Shown: positions 28,879 to 39,190, numbered from the stretch's first letter. The stretch: DNA of 64,000 nt from Trueperaceae bacterium (GCA_965214405.1 OZ243956.1:1792001-1856000), one strand, 5' to 3'. The notes: a model not told the origin generated them from the sequence alone. Made by a program: numbers and translations.

Positions 28879-29771
28879 TGCGGCGCAAAAACACTTGGCT
28901 TATCCACCTGCTCCTCATCATCGCGTGCTCGGTCGTGTGCGCGCCCATCTTGTTCGCGCTTATCAAAGCCACGCAGACGCGGGCGGTGGTGGTGTCGCCC
29001 AGCCTGGTGCCTGGTCCTGAACTGTGGAATAACGTCCGCGCGGTGTGGCAGGGGGCCAACCTGGGTATTTTCATGCGTAACTCGCTCCTTATCGCCGTCG
29101 CGGTGACGGTGGGTAAGACGGTGCTCTCGCTCACGGCGGGGATGGCGCTCGTGTTTTTCCGCGTGCCCTTTAAGCCGTTCGTCTTCGGCTTTATCTTGCT
29201 TACCCTGATGATGCCCACAGAAGTGCTCATCGTCGGGCTTTTTGACGTTGTGTCTAAACAGCCCCCCGAATCTCTGGGTGAACTCTGGACCTGGGTGCGT
29301 AATCCGCTGGCGCTCCTTACCCGGCCCACCGAGTACGGCCTGGGCTGGGCCAACACCTACTGGGCCATCATCGTGCCCTTTTTGGCCTCGGCGACGGGGA
29401 CGTTCCTTTTTCGCCAGCACTTCATGTCCATCCCCAGAAGTTTGGCGGACGCGGCCAAGATGGACGGCGCGGGTCCCTTTCGCTTTCTCACAAGCATCCT
29501 CATCCCGATGAGCTGGAACACCATCGGCGCGTTGGCGGTGATTCAGTTTGTCTACGTGTGGGACCAGTATCTGTGGCCCTTGGTCATCATCCGCCGGACG
29601 AACAAGCAGGTGATTCAGGTGGGGCTCAACCTCATTATCAGCACGGGCGAGGGGACGCAGTGGGGATACGTGATGGCGGGCGCGTTATTAGCGCTCCTGC
29701 CGCCCCTGGTGGTGTTTATCTTTTTGCAAGAGCAGTTTACGCGGGGGTTTGCGCTGTCGCAAGAGAAATAG
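28875..29771 (+). CDS. Carbohydrate ABC permease (UgpE-like)
   Basis: SATGTFLFRQHF, DAAKMDGA, WDQYLWPL. Confidence 0.93.
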   Translation: MMRRKNTWLIHLLLIIACSVVCAPILFALIKATQTRAVVVSPSLVPGPELWNNVRAVWQGANLGIFMRNSLLIAVAVTVGKTVLSLTAGMALVFFRVPFKPFVFGFILLTLMMPTEVLIVGLFDVVSKQPPESLGELWTWVRNPLALLTRPTEYGLGWANTYWAIIVPFLASATGTFLFRQHFMSIPRSLADAAKMDGAGPFRFLTSILIPMSWNTIGALAVIQFVYVWDQYLWPLVIIRRTNKQVIQVGLNLIISTGEGTQWGYVMAGALLALLPPLVVFIFLQEQFTRGFALSQEK

Positions 29772-29820
29772 AAGCGTGGGAACAGGAGCGGGAGCAAGAG
29801 ACGCGAGAGAGAAACCGACC

Positions 29821-30186
29821 TTACGCTCGAGCCCTCAACACCCCCGTCACGGTCCCTAACAGCCCCCCCAAACTCAGCGGCTTGCTCAAATAACCGTCGA
29901 ACCCCGCCGCCAGCAGCGCCGCCTCGTCACCCGACAGGGCTCGAGCCGTGACCGCAACGATAGGTGCAGTCACCCCCGTCTCACGAAGTCTGTAGAGCGT
30001 TTCAGCGCCACTCACCCCCGGCAGTTGCACGTCCAGCAAAACGAGGTCAAAGCGCTCCTTTTGCGCCTTCTTAAGCGCCTCCTCCCCGCTCACCGCCGTG
30101 TGAACCGTGAAGTCGTGAAGCTCGAGCGCGTCCCCTATGAGCCGCAAAGTTTTTTCGTTGTCGTCTACCACCAAAACGCTGCCCAC
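29821..30186 (-). CDS. Single-domain response regulator (DivK/CheY-like)
   Basis: LVVDD, LLDVQLP, VTA, YLSKP. Confidence 0.93.
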   Translation of the reverse strand: MGSVLVVDDNEKTLRLIGDALELHDFTVHTAVSGEEALKKAQKERFDLVLLDVQLPGVSGAETLYRLRETGVTAPIVAVTARALSGDEAALLAAGFDGYLSKPLSLGGLLGTVTGVLRARA

Positions 30187-30211
30187 GTACGCCTCCGCCG
30201 CCTTCTACCTG

Positions 30212-31294
30212 TTATACCGACTTTCCAAGCGTCGGCGCGGGCTCCGAGAGCCCTTCGTCACCCGACGCCGGAGGCGCATCTTCGGTAGCCACGCGTCTCG
30301 AGCTTCCTTTGTTGAGCCCTCGAGGGAGCACAAACGAGAAGGTGCTGCCTTTGCCGGGAGCGCTTCTGACCCGCAGTTCGCCACCGTGGAGTTCAACGAG
30401 GGTTTTGCTGAGCGCGAGTCCTAGGCCCGCGCCCCCCAACCGCTCCGACACCTGCACAAAAGGTTCGAAAAGCCCCTCCACATCCTCTTCGGCGATGCCG
30501 ACGCCCGTGTCCGCCACTGTAAAGGTGACGGCGTCGGCGTCAGCCCCTAAAGAGAGCGTGACGCGGCCCCCCGGCGGCGTGAACGCAACCGCATTGGCGA
30601 GCAGGTTGAGGAGCACCTGTTTGAGCTTGAGCGGGTCGGCGAAGAGCAGGGGGGCGGGCTCGGGCAAGGCAACGTTCAGAAGAACCCCCCGCTTGGTCGC
30701 GCCTTCCCGGAGCAGCGTGAGCGCCCCCGCCGCCACCACGGACGCGTCCGTGACGCGTCTGGAGAGCGTCAGCTTACCGGCCTCGAGCTTTGACAAGTCC
30801 AACAGGTCATTCGCAAGCAAAAGAAGATGCTCACCCGATTCTCTGATGTCGCGGACGTAGCCTCGCTGCTTAGGGTTAAGAGGTCCCACCCGCTCGTCTT
30901 GCAAGAGTTCGGCAAAGCCGATCACCGCGCTCAGCGGCGTGCGGAGTTCGTGCGATAAAAATGCCAGTGCGTCCGTTTTGGGTTGGCCAGCCTCTCTGAA
31001 CGCGTTGGCGTCGCGCTCGTTCTTTTTCTCCAACCATAGGGGTCCTTTGACACTGCCAGTTACACGCCCCAGCACCCGGTAGCCCGTCCAAACGAACACA
31101 CCCCCCAGCAAAAACCCCCCGAGAAAACCGGCGAACAGCAGGCTGGCAACGCCCGCCAGCGTCAGGACGAGCAACGCCGTTAGAGCCGCGACGACAAAGA
31201 GGAACGCGAGATCTGCTCGGTTCCTCGAGAACGTTTGTCCACTAAAGGCGCGCCCCCACGCCTCTTGACTACTCTTTTTCATCCGTGCCCCCAT
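30212..31294 (-). CDS. Membrane sensor histidine kinase
   Basis: Two TM helices; SHELRTPL, NLLANA, DTGVGI, GAGLGL. Confidence 0.94.
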   Translation of the reverse strand: MGARMKKSSQEAWGRAFSGQTFSRNRADLAFLFVVAALTALLVLTLAGVASLLFAGFLGGFLLGGVFVWTGYRVLGRVTGSVKGPLWLEKKNERDANAFREAGQPKTDALAFLSHELRTPLSAVIGFAELLQDERVGPLNPKQRGYVRDIRESGEHLLLLANDLLDLSKLEAGKLTLSRRVTDASVVAAGALTLLREGATKRGVLLNVALPEPAPLLFADPLKLKQVLLNLLANAVAFTPPGGRVTLSLGADADAVTFTVADTGVGIAEEDVEGLFEPFVQVSERLGGAGLGLALSKTLVELHGGELRVRSAPGKGSTFSFVLPRGLNKGSSRRVATEDAPPASGDEGLSEPAPTLGKSV

Positions 31295-31420
31295 CGAGCT
31301 CCCGTACTCTACCTACGCTCGGTGTTTGGTGCCTCTATCCAGTATGAACGCCGTGACCCGCACGCCTGGTCAAATGGTTGACGCGGGTTTTCCATAGTCT
31401 CTCTATAGTCTGCGTGCGGC

Positions 31421-34400
31421 CTACGCAGGTCCGGATGGTGCCTGCGTCGCCTCGGCGCGCACGACCTCGAGCGCCGCCTCCTCAAACCTTGTACCGGATT
31501 TCATGGTAGGTTCCTCCGTTGTCTCCTCACTTCCTGGGTGGGGCGCGACTTTCCAAAAGAGAGGCAAAGCTTGCGACCAGGACTCGAGCAGCGCGCGCGC
31601 CCGCGGGCTGCCCGTCAGCGCGAGGTGGCGCTCTACCATCGTCTTGAGGAGCGTCTTGTCAATGTCTGCGTCTACGCGATCTAAACTCACCATACCCCCA
31701 TTTACATGGGCCGCGAAGCTCTCGTCTTCATCCCACACGAACGCCGCCCCGCCCGACATGCCCGCGCCGAAGTTGCGCCCGGTGGTGCCCAAGACCACCG
31801 CGACGCCCCCCGTCATGTATTCGCAGCCGTGGTCGCCGCAGCCCTCGACGACGGCGAGCGCGCCCGAGTTGCGCACGCAGAGACGTTCGCCCGCGCGGCC
31901 CGCCGCGTAAAGACTTCCCCCGGTCGCGCCGTAAAGCACCGTGTTGCCGACCACCGCGTTCCGGTGCGGTTCGCGCACATCCGGCCCCGGCTTGACCACG
32001 ATTTCGCCGCCGTACATGCCCTTGCCCACGTAGTCTTGCGCCTCGCCCTCTAAGTGAAGCGTCACGCCGCGGTTGTTAAAAACGCCGAAAGATTGACCAG
32101 CAGTACCCGTCAACCGCAGCGTCAGCGTGCCCGGCGGCAGCCCCGCGGCGTGATGGCGGCGCGCAATCTCCCCCGAAAGCCGCGCGCCTATAGAGCGCTC
32201 GCGGTTGGTGACGGGGTAGCGCTTCTCGAGCACCTCCCCCCTCTCAACCGCCCCCCCAAAGTCGCGCCAGATGATTTCGTCTAGGGGCGGATTCTCTTCA
32301 GGACGGTCGTTGTGGCGCGCTTGCGACCTACGCGCCTGCGTTCCGCTCGGGTCGGGATCGTTGAGCACCGCCGAGAGGTCGAGCGGGGCTTTGGGGAGGG
32401 TGAGGGGTCTGGGCTCGAGCAAATCCACCCGCCCAATCACCTCGTCCAAGCTCCTGTACCCCAGCTCAGCCAGAATCATCCGCACCTGCTGCGCCACGTA
32501 GACCATAAAGTTCACCACGTGCTCGGGCCGCCCCGGATACTTCGCGCGCAGGTCCTCGCGCTGCGTCGCCACGCCTACCGGACAGGTGTTGAGGTGGCAC
32601 TGCCGAATCATCGCGCAGCCCGCCGCCACCAAGGCCGCCGTGCCGAAGCCGAACGCCTCGGCACCAAGAAGCGCCCCTATCATCACGTCGTGGCCCGTTT
32701 TCATGCCGCCGTCCACGCGCAAGGTCACGCGGCCCCGGAGCCCGTTCTCCACGAGCACCCGCTGCGTCTCGGCGAGCCCGAGTTCCCAGGGCACCCCAGC
32801 GTGCTTCACCGACGATAAGGGCGACGCGCCCGTGCCGCCGTCATAGCCCGAAATCTGGATGTTATCGGCGTAGCCCTTCGCAACCCCCGCCGCGATGGTC
32901 CCGACCCCCGCCGTGGCGACGAGCTTGACCCCGACGCGCGCGGTTTTGTTCACACGCTTTAAGTCATAAATGAGCTGTGACAGGTCTTCAATCGAATAAA
33001 TATCGTGGTGCGGCGGCGGCGAAATGAGCGTGACGCCGGGGACCGAGCGGCGGATGCGCGCGATGTCTTCGGACACCTTGTGGCCCGGAATCTGCCCGCC
33101 CTCACCCGGTTTGGAGCCCTGCGCCATCTTGATCTCCAGCTCGTCCGCCGATACTAAATAGTCGGGCGTGACGCCAAAACGCCCCGAGGCAATTTGCTTG
33201 ATGGCGCTGTTAGCCAGGTCGCCCGCCTCGGGGTGCCAGGGTGCCTGACTCAGGTCGGGCCGGTCGGTTTCATAAGGGTGAAACCGCACCGGGTCCTCGC
33301 CGCCCTCGCCCGAATTGCTCTTGGCGCCAAGGCGGTTCATCGCCACCGCGAACGTTTCGTGCGCCTCGCGCGAGACCGAGCCGTGGCTCATCGCCTGGGT
33401 GGAGAAGCGCGTGACGATAGCCTCGACGGGTTCGATTTTGTCCAAAGGCAGCGGCGTTTTGGCGCGTTTGAGTTGCAAGAGGTCGCGCAAGTTGCACGGC
33501 GTGCGTTCGTCTACGAGTTTCGAATACTCCCCGTACGCCTCAAAGCTCTCCGTCCGCACCGCCTTGTGAAGCGCCTTGAAGACTAACGGGTTGAGCGCGT
33601 GGTACTCGCCCGCTTTGCGAAAGCGGTACAAGCCCCGGTCTTGTAAGGTGGCGTTTTCACCGTAAGCCTCAGCGTGGAAGCGCAACGCGTCCGTCCCAAA
33701 CACCTCCAGACCCGCCCCACCGATGCGGCTCGGGGTGCCGACGAAGTAACGGTCAATCACGCTTTCATCGATGCCGACCGCTTCAAAAATCTGCGCGCCG
33801 CGGTAGCTCGACAAGGCCGAAATGCCCATCTTGGACATGATTTTGAGCAACCCTTTTTCGACCGCCTTGCGGTAGTGCAATACCGCCGCCTCGGGCGTGA
33901 CAGGCTCGCCCCGCCGGGAGGCCTGGGGCACGTCTCGAGCTGTCGCCAGGGCCAAGTAAGGGTGAACGAGCGCCGCGCCGTAACCGATTAGGCAGGCATA
34001 ATGATGATCTTCGCGCGGCTCACCCGTGTCGCAGACGATGGCCGCGCGCGTCCGCAACCCCGCGTGCAAAAGGCGGTGGTGAACCGCCGCGGTCGCCAGG
34101 AGCATGGGCAGGGGTGCCCACGCCTCATCTACATCGCGGTCGGACAGGATGAGAAGACCCGCGCCCGCGCGCACGGCACGCTCGGCGGTGTCGGCCAAGG
34201 TCTCGAGCGCCCCTTCAAGCCCCTCCGGCCCCGCCGCCACCGGGAAACGCACCTCTAAGGTTTGCGCCTTGAACTGCGCTTGCGCCTCCAACCAGTCCAG
34301 CTCCCCCTGCGTAATAAGCGGCGCAGCGAACTTCATCACCGCGGCGGAGGCTTCAGTTTCCTCCAACAGACTTCCGCGCGGCCCCACGACCGTCTCTAAA

Positions 34401-36061
34401 GACATCACCAGCCGCTCGCGCAGCGGATCGATGGGCGGGTTCGTCACCTGCGCGAAACGCTGCTTGAAATAGCGGTAGAGGCTCTGCGGAAGTTCGGACA
34501 AAACCGCCAGCGGCGTGTCGTCGCCCATCGACCCCACCGGAACGGCGCTGTCAAAGACCATCGGCTCAAAGATGCGGTCGTAATCCTCGGAGGTGTAGCC
34601 GAACATCTTTTGGGTGCGCAGAAGCGTCTCGGCTTCCCACACATCCGGCGCTCTTTCGAAGTGGGGAGGCCGCAGCGTGCGCGTGTCCATCCACTCCCTA
34701 TAAGGCCGCCGCGCCGCGTAGCGCGCCTTGATTTCGTCGTTATATAAAAGCCGCCCTTCCACCGTGTCCACCGCCAGCATCATGCCGGGACCGAGCCGCC
34801 CGCGCTCGATGACCTCTTCCTCTAGGGGCACGATGCCCGCTTCCGAGCCCACCACCACCGTACCGTCCTTGCCGATCCAGTAGCGCTGAGGCCTCAACCC
34901 GTTGCGGTCTAAACCAGCCACCGCCACGCGCCCGTCGGTGAGGGCCAACGCCGCGGGGCCGTCCCAGGGCTCCATCAGCGTGGCGTGGTAGTCGTAAAAG
35001 CCGCGCAGGTCGGGGTCTAAGTCGCCCGTCTCCTCGAAAGCCTCGGGCACGAGCATCATGAGCGCGTGCGCGGGGTCGCGGCCCGACAAGACGAGAAGTT
35101 CGAACGCGTTGTCGAGCGCCGCCGAGTCGGAGCCGCCTGGTTCGATGACGGGCAAAATCTCTTGCAGCGCGTCACCCCAGACTGGGCTCGAGAGCACCGG
35201 CTCGCGCCCCCGCATAAAGTTGACGTTGCCCTGGAGCGTGTTGATTTCGCCGTTGTGGGCCAGAAACCGAAAGGGCTGCGCCAACGACCAGCGCGGCATC
35301 GTGTTGGTGCTGTAGCGCTGGTGGAACACGGCGATGGACGTTTCATAAACCGGGTCGGCCAAGTCGAGGTAAAAGGCTGACAACTGCGGCGCGACCATCA
35401 GTCCCTTGTAGGAAAGCGTACGGTGCGAGAAAGAAGGAATGTAAAAGCGGCCCAGGTCGGCGTCCCACAACGCGTTCTCAATGCGCTTGCGGGTGAGGTA
35501 GAGAAGCCTTTCAAACGCGTCACCGTCCAACCCCGCCGGACGCTTTAAGAGCACGTGCCGCAGGATGGGCCGCCGCCGCCGCGCCTCCTCGCCAAGGGCG
35601 TCGTCGTTGATGGGCACGTCGCGCCAGCCCAGGACCTCGAGCGCCGACCTCGTAATCGCCTCATCAATAAGCGCGTACATCCTTTCGACCGGGGCCTCAT
35701 TGGACACAAAAAAGACGCCGACGCCCAGGTCCTCATCGCGCTCCAACGTCACCCCCCGCGCCGCCAGCTCATGCCGAAAAAGCCCATGCGGTATCCCCGT
35801 AAGCACCCCCGCCCCGTCCCCCGTGAGGCCGTCCGCGCTCACCGCCCCGCGGTGCGAGAGGTTTTGCAGTGCGGTGAGCGCACGTTGAAGCGTCTTGTGG
35901 CTCTTGCGCCCCCGAATGTCGGCGACAAAACCCACCCCGCAGGCGTCGCGCTCTTCGGGCCAGGCGAGCGTTCCAACGTCGGAATATCTCACGGCACGTT
36001 TCGTGTCGACTCTTGTCTGAGTTTTTACCCCAGCCTGCTCACTCGTTCTCTCATCGTTCAT
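31421..36061 (-). CDS. gltB: Glutamate synthase large subunit
   Basis: DACGVGF, HQRYSTNT, NSGEGGE, KPGEGG, CHLNTCPVGVATQ; start trimmed to MNDER. Confidence 0.97.
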   Translation of the reverse strand: MNDERTSEQAGVKTQTRVDTKRAVRYSDVGTLAWPEERDACGVGFVADIRGRKSHKTLQRALTALQNLSHRGAVSADGLTGDGAGVLTGIPHGLFRHELAARGVTLERDEDLGVGVFFVSNEAPVERMYALIDEAITRSALEVLGWRDVPINDDALGEEARRRRPILRHVLLKRPAGLDGDAFERLLYLTRKRIENALWDADLGRFYIPSFSHRTLSYKGLMVAPQLSAFYLDLADPVYETSIAVFHQRYSTNTMPRWSLAQPFRFLAHNGEINTLQGNVNFMRGREPVLSSPVWGDALQEILPVIEPGGSDSAALDNAFELLVLSGRDPAHALMMLVPEAFEETGDLDPDLRGFYDYHATLMEPWDGPAALALTDGRVAVAGLDRNGLRPQRYWIGKDGTVVVGSEAGIVPLEEEVIERGRLGPGMMLAVDTVEGRLLYNDEIKARYAARRPYREWMDTRTLRPPHFERAPDVWEAETLLRTQKMFGYTSEDYDRIFEPMVFDSAVPVGSMGDDTPLAVLSELPQSLYRYFKQRFAQVTNPPIDPLRERLVMSLETVVGPRGSLLEETEASAAVMKFAAPLITQGELDWLEAQAQFKAQTLEVRFPVAAGPEGLEGALETLADTAERAVRAGAGLLILSDRDVDEAWAPLPMLLATAAVHHRLLHAGLRTRAAIVCDTGEPREDHHYACLIGYGAALVHPYLALATARDVPQASRRGEPVTPEAAVLHYRKAVEKGLLKIMSKMGISALSSYRGAQIFEAVGIDESVIDRYFVGTPSRIGGAGLEVFGTDALRFHAEAYGENATLQDRGLYRFRKAGEYHALNPLVFKALHKAVRTESFEAYGEYSKLVDERTPCNLRDLLQLKRAKTPLPLDKIEPVEAIVTRFSTQAMSHGSVSREAHETFAVAMNRLGAKSNSGEGGEDPVRFHPYETDRPDLSQAPWHPEAGDLANSAIKQIASGRFGVTPDYLVSADELEIKMAQGSKPGEGGQIPGHKVSEDIARIRRSVPGVTLISPPPHHDIYSIEDLSQLIYDLKRVNKTARVGVKLVATAGVGTIAAGVAKGYADNIQISGYDGGTGASPLSSVKHAGVPWELGLAETQRVLVENGLRGRVTLRVDGGMKTGHDVMIGALLGAEAFGFGTAALVAAGCAMIRQCHLNTCPVGVATQREDLRAKYPGRPEHVVNFMVYVAQQVRMILAELGYRSLDEVIGRVDLLEPRPLTLPKAPLDLSAVLNDPDPSGTQARRSQARHNDRPEENPPLDEIIWRDFGGAVERGEVLEKRYPVTNRERSIGARLSGEIARRHHAAGLPPGTLTLRLTGTAGQSFGVFNNRGVTLHLEGEAQDYVGKGMYGGEIVVKPGPDVREPHRNAVVGNTVLYGATGGSLYAAGRAGERLCVRNSGALAVVEGCGDHGCEYMTGGVAVVLGTTGRNFGAGMSGGAAFVWDEDESFAAHVNGGMVSLDRVDADIDKTLLKTMVERHLALTGSPRARALLESWSQALPLFWKVAPHPGSEETTEEPTMKSGTRFEEAALEVVRAEATQAPSGPA

Positions 36062-36233
36062 GGTGTGGACCCTCTCTCGCACGCGTTTGGAGGAAACAAG
36101 ACAGCGCGTCGCTCTCTTCGCGGTTACTCCCCAAGCCCCCACACCTGACTACCCTGGTGTGCTACCGCAAGAGCATACAGCGCATCGCAATCTTTAACGG
36201 GACGGTCTCGCCAAAGCGTCAACCGTGACGCTC

Positions 36234-36263
36234 AGTATAGCGTCTCCAGCGGCACCATGTCAA
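36234..36263 (-). promoter_or_regulatory. Sigma70-type promoter for gltB
   Basis: TTGACA-18 nt-TATACT on the minus strand. Confidence 0.7.
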
Positions 36264-36422
36264 TTTTAGAGGGTCCGCTTAACAACGCCTATGACAACTT
36301 TTCCTTCTTCGGGAAAAGCGTCGTTGGAGTTTTCTAACGTTTGTCTTTATGCCCAAAGACCTTCAACCCATAGGCGAAGAAGGCGTATAGATATGCAAAA
36401 CTGTATGCGGTTGGCAGGTAGG

Positions 36423-38033
36423 TCAGCTCGAGCCCATCACCGCCCGCGCCACCTGCGGCACCACCTCGTCCTTGACGAGCTTGTATTCGAGCGCGTCAAT
36501 CAGCGCTTCATACGACGCGTCGATGATGTTGGTGCTCGCGCCCACCGTGCCCCAGGTGTCGCGCCCGTCGGTCACCTCGACGAGCACCCGCACCACGCTG
36601 GCGGTGCCCGTTTCGGGTCCTGAAAGCACGCGCACCTTGTAATCGGTCAGCTTGAGCGTTTCCAAACTCGGATAAAAACGCCCCAGCGCCTTGAGGAGCG
36701 CCGCGTCGAGCGCGTTCACGGGTCCGTCGCCGGTGGCGGCGGTATGTTCCAAGCGCCCTCCCACCTCGACCTTGATGGTCGCTTCGCACACAGGTTCACT
36801 GTCCGTGTCGCGTTTGTCGATATAGACGCGGTAGCCGTGCAGCACAAAATAAGGCTGAGCCGCGCCGCGCACCCGCCTATTCATAAGCCTGAAACTCGCC
36901 TCGGCTCCCTCGAAAGCGTAACCGCGGTTCTCGAGCTCTTTAAGCCTCTCCAGCACCTCCCGCACCGCCGGGTCTTTCGTATGGACCACCTCGCCAAACT
37001 CGCCCGCCTTGGCGAGTAAGTTGGCGCGCCCTGAAAGGTCCGACAGGAGCACGCGGCGCTGGTTGCCGACGCTCGAGGGGTCGATGTGTTCGTACGTCTT
37101 GGGGTCCTTATTGACCGCCGACACGTGGATGCCGCCCTTGTGCGCGAAGGCGGTATCGCCCACGAACGCGGCGCGCAGGTTCGGCTGCAAGTTGGCCCGC
37201 TCGTCCACATAGCGCGACAGCTCGCGTAGGCCGCTCAGGTCTTGGGGCTGCTCGAGGCCCAGTTTGAGCACCAGGTTGGGGAGGATGCTGACTAAGTTCG
37301 CGTTACCACACCGCTCCCCGTAGCCGTTCACCGTTCCCTGCACGTGCGTCGCCCCCACCCGTACACCCGCGAGCGAATTCGCTACCGCCAGTTCGCTGTC
37401 ATTGTGCATGTGCACCCCGACGGGCACGCCGAAGCGCTCACAAACCTCCGCCACACGTTCAGCGACGACGTCAGGCAATGAGCCGCCGTTGGTGTCGCAA
37501 AGAACGAGCCTGTCCGCCCCGCCCTTGACCGCGGCCTCGAGGGTCGACAACGCGTAAACCGGATTCGCCCGGTAGCCGTCGAAAAAGTGCTCGGCGTCGT
37601 GAATGACCATTTTCCCCTGCTGTTTAAGATAACGCACGGAGTCTTCAATCATCTCTAAGTTCTGCGCCAACGTCGCCCCCAACGCCTCGAGCACGTGAAA
37701 ATCCCACGATTTGGCGACGAGCGTCACCACGGGCGTCTCGGCCTCGAGGAGCGCCCGGAGGTTGGCGTCCTCTTCGACCGCGCTGTTCTTGTGCCGCGTC
37801 GAGCCAAAGGCGGCGAGCCGCGCGTGCGCCAGAGGCACGCCTTTCATCAGTTCGAAAAACTTAACGTCTTTGGGGTTCGAGCCCGGCCAGCCGCCCTCGA
37901 TAAAGTCCACGCCGAACGCGTCCAGACGCTTGGCGATGGCGACTTTGTCCTCGCTCATTAGGGTGAAGTCTTGGCCCTGGGTGCCGTCGCGGAGGGTGGT
38001 GTCGTAGATTTCGATGGTCTTCAATGTGCTCAA
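36423..38033 (-). CDS. cimA: Citramalate synthase
   Basis: DTTLRDGTQG, EGGWPGSNPKD, DAEHFFDG, AHKGGIH, GDGPVNALD. Confidence 0.94.
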   Translation of the reverse strand: MSTLKTIEIYDTTLRDGTQGQDFTLMSEDKVAIAKRLDAFGVDFIEGGWPGSNPKDVKFFELMKGVPLAHARLAAFGSTRHKNSAVEEDANLRALLEAETPVVTLVAKSWDFHVLEALGATLAQNLEMIEDSVRYLKQQGKMVIHDAEHFFDGYRANPVYALSTLEAAVKGGADRLVLCDTNGGSLPDVVAERVAEVCERFGVPVGVHMHNDSELAVANSLAGVRVGATHVQGTVNGYGERCGNANLVSILPNLVLKLGLEQPQDLSGLRELSRYVDERANLQPNLRAAFVGDTAFAHKGGIHVSAVNKDPKTYEHIDPSSVGNQRRVLLSDLSGRANLLAKAGEFGEVVHTKDPAVREVLERLKELENRGYAFEGAEASFRLMNRRVRGAAQPYFVLHGYRVYIDKRDTDSEPVCEATIKVEVGGRLEHTAATGDGPVNALDAALLKALGRFYPSLETLKLTDYKVRVLSGPETGTASVVRVLVEVTDGRDTWGTVGASTNIIDASYEALIDALEYKLVKDEVVPQVARAVMGSS

Positions 38034-38069
38034 CCCCTGGGTCTAAACGTAACGGGTTCAAAAACAAGG

Positions 38070-38426
38070 CTAAACAGATTCAACGCTCCATTCACCCGTT
38101 GCAAACTCTGTAAACGCCCGGTGAGCGGGTTCGTAATAGGCAAGCACGATAGCCGCTTTTGGAACGCCCAGCGCCACCAAATCGTTAGCAACACCGTGCT
38201 CCGTTCCGTCGTACTGAATCCAAACCTGCTCGCCAATTAAGTCTATGTGAATCAAGCTTCCGCAATAACGCTTGTCGCCAATCCAACCGACCTGTACAAG
38301 ATGATAATGGTCGCGCACCTCATCGAAAACGAGTTGGTAGTCAAGTGGCTTGACCGCTTTGGTGTGTTCCAACTGCTCGGTCAACACCTGCTTGACAAGC
38401 TGACGATAGTTTTCTAGCTCTGCCAT
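38070..38426 (-). CDS. xisI: XisI-family protein
   Basis: FDE.RDHY....GW...R..G.LIH.D...QVWIQ.DGTE.GVA.DLV.LGVPK..IVL. Confidence 0.94.
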   Translation of the reverse strand: MAELENYRQLVKQVLTEQLEHTKAVKPLDYQLVFDEVRDHYHLVQVGWIGDKRYCGSLIHIDLIGEQVWIQYDGTEHGVANDLVALGVPKAAIVLAYYEPAHRAFTEFATGEWSVESV

Positions 38427-38830
38427 GACACGATTTCCTTTCGCTCGATATGATAAACGATCAGGTTGAGCCTTTCCGTTTTCACGATGGTCTGCGTCAA
38501 GCTGCGGTCGAAGAAACTGTTGTAAACCCCGCTCGGCACCGCTAAATAGAGAACGCGCTCGGGGTCCTCGAGCGCCAACGCCGTCCTATAGGCGACAAAC
38601 TGCCCGAGGGCTCCGTAAAAATCGTGCAGGAACGATGGGCTGATAAAGCTTTTGACCTCCACAGCAATCCGCTGCTTCTCTTTCTGCGCCGCCAGCACCT
38701 TTTCCGCCCCTAAGTCAATCTGCAACGGATTGAATTCAGGGATTATCAGCCTGTACGGGTCGTGGGTTATTTCCCAACCATCCTTGATAAGCGCTTCTTT
38801 TACAGTGTCGTGAAACTTGTCTCTCGCCAT
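38414..38830 (-). CDS. xisH: XisH-family protein (PD-(D/E)XK fold)
   Basis: MARDKFH..VK.ALIKDGW.ITHDP, IDLGAE, IAVEVKSF, ALGQF..YR, R.LYLAV. Confidence 0.94.
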   Translation of the reverse strand: MARDKFHDTVKEALIKDGWEITHDPYRLIIPEFNPLQIDLGAEKVLAAQKEKQRIAVEVKSFISPSFLHDFYGALGQFVAYRTALALEDPERVLYLAVPSGVYNSFFDRSLTQTIVKTERLNLIVYHIERKEIVSWQS

Positions 38831-38881
38831 CAGCGTGACATTAGCCTCATAAAAATTTGTGGGTGTCATAGATTTCAATAC

Positions 38882-39139
38882 TCATGTGCAGCTCGCCACC
38901 TTGCCTTGCGTCACCATCAACTCTTGCAAGAACTCGGGGGCGAAGTCCGCGCCGTCTTCCCAACTCAAGGTGTAACCGCGCAAGGAAAAGTTTTTGAAAT
39001 AGTCGCTGTTTTTGAGAGATCTAAACACTTTGCCGTCCAACTCACCCGACAAATCGACTTCGCCCGCCGAGCCGTCATTGAACTCGAGCCAAACGCGGTA
39101 CTCACCAAGATAAATTGCTTTGCCTACGTGCAAAAACAT
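38882..39139 (-). CDS. DUF2442-family protein (putative antitoxin)
   Basis: MFLHV..A.YL.EY.VWL.FNDG..GEVDL...L.G.VF..L....F..F....TL.W..GADFAPEFL. Confidence 0.92.
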   Translation of the reverse strand: MFLHVGKAIYLGEYRVWLEFNDGSAGEVDLSGELDGKVFRSLKNSDYFKNFSLRGYTLSWEDGADFAPEFLQELMVTQGKVASCT

Positions 39140-39142
39140 AAG

Positions 39143-39190
39143 TTACTCCAGGGGAAGAAGGAGTTGAATAGAGCGGCTAATCTCGGGCAC
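39143..39190 (-). pseudogene. 15-codon remnant of a DUF4160 gene (internally deleted)
   Basis: GTG start, (M)PEISRSIQLLLPLE*; keeps the typical DUF4160 first (MPEISR) and last (PLE*) residues, 3 nt upstream of the DUF2442 start. Confidence 0.65.

Noticed and set aside
38831..38869. MTPTNFYEA upstream of xisH as a DUF29 N-terminal remnant
   Set aside because: Only a faint resemblance over a few residues; cannot be supported.
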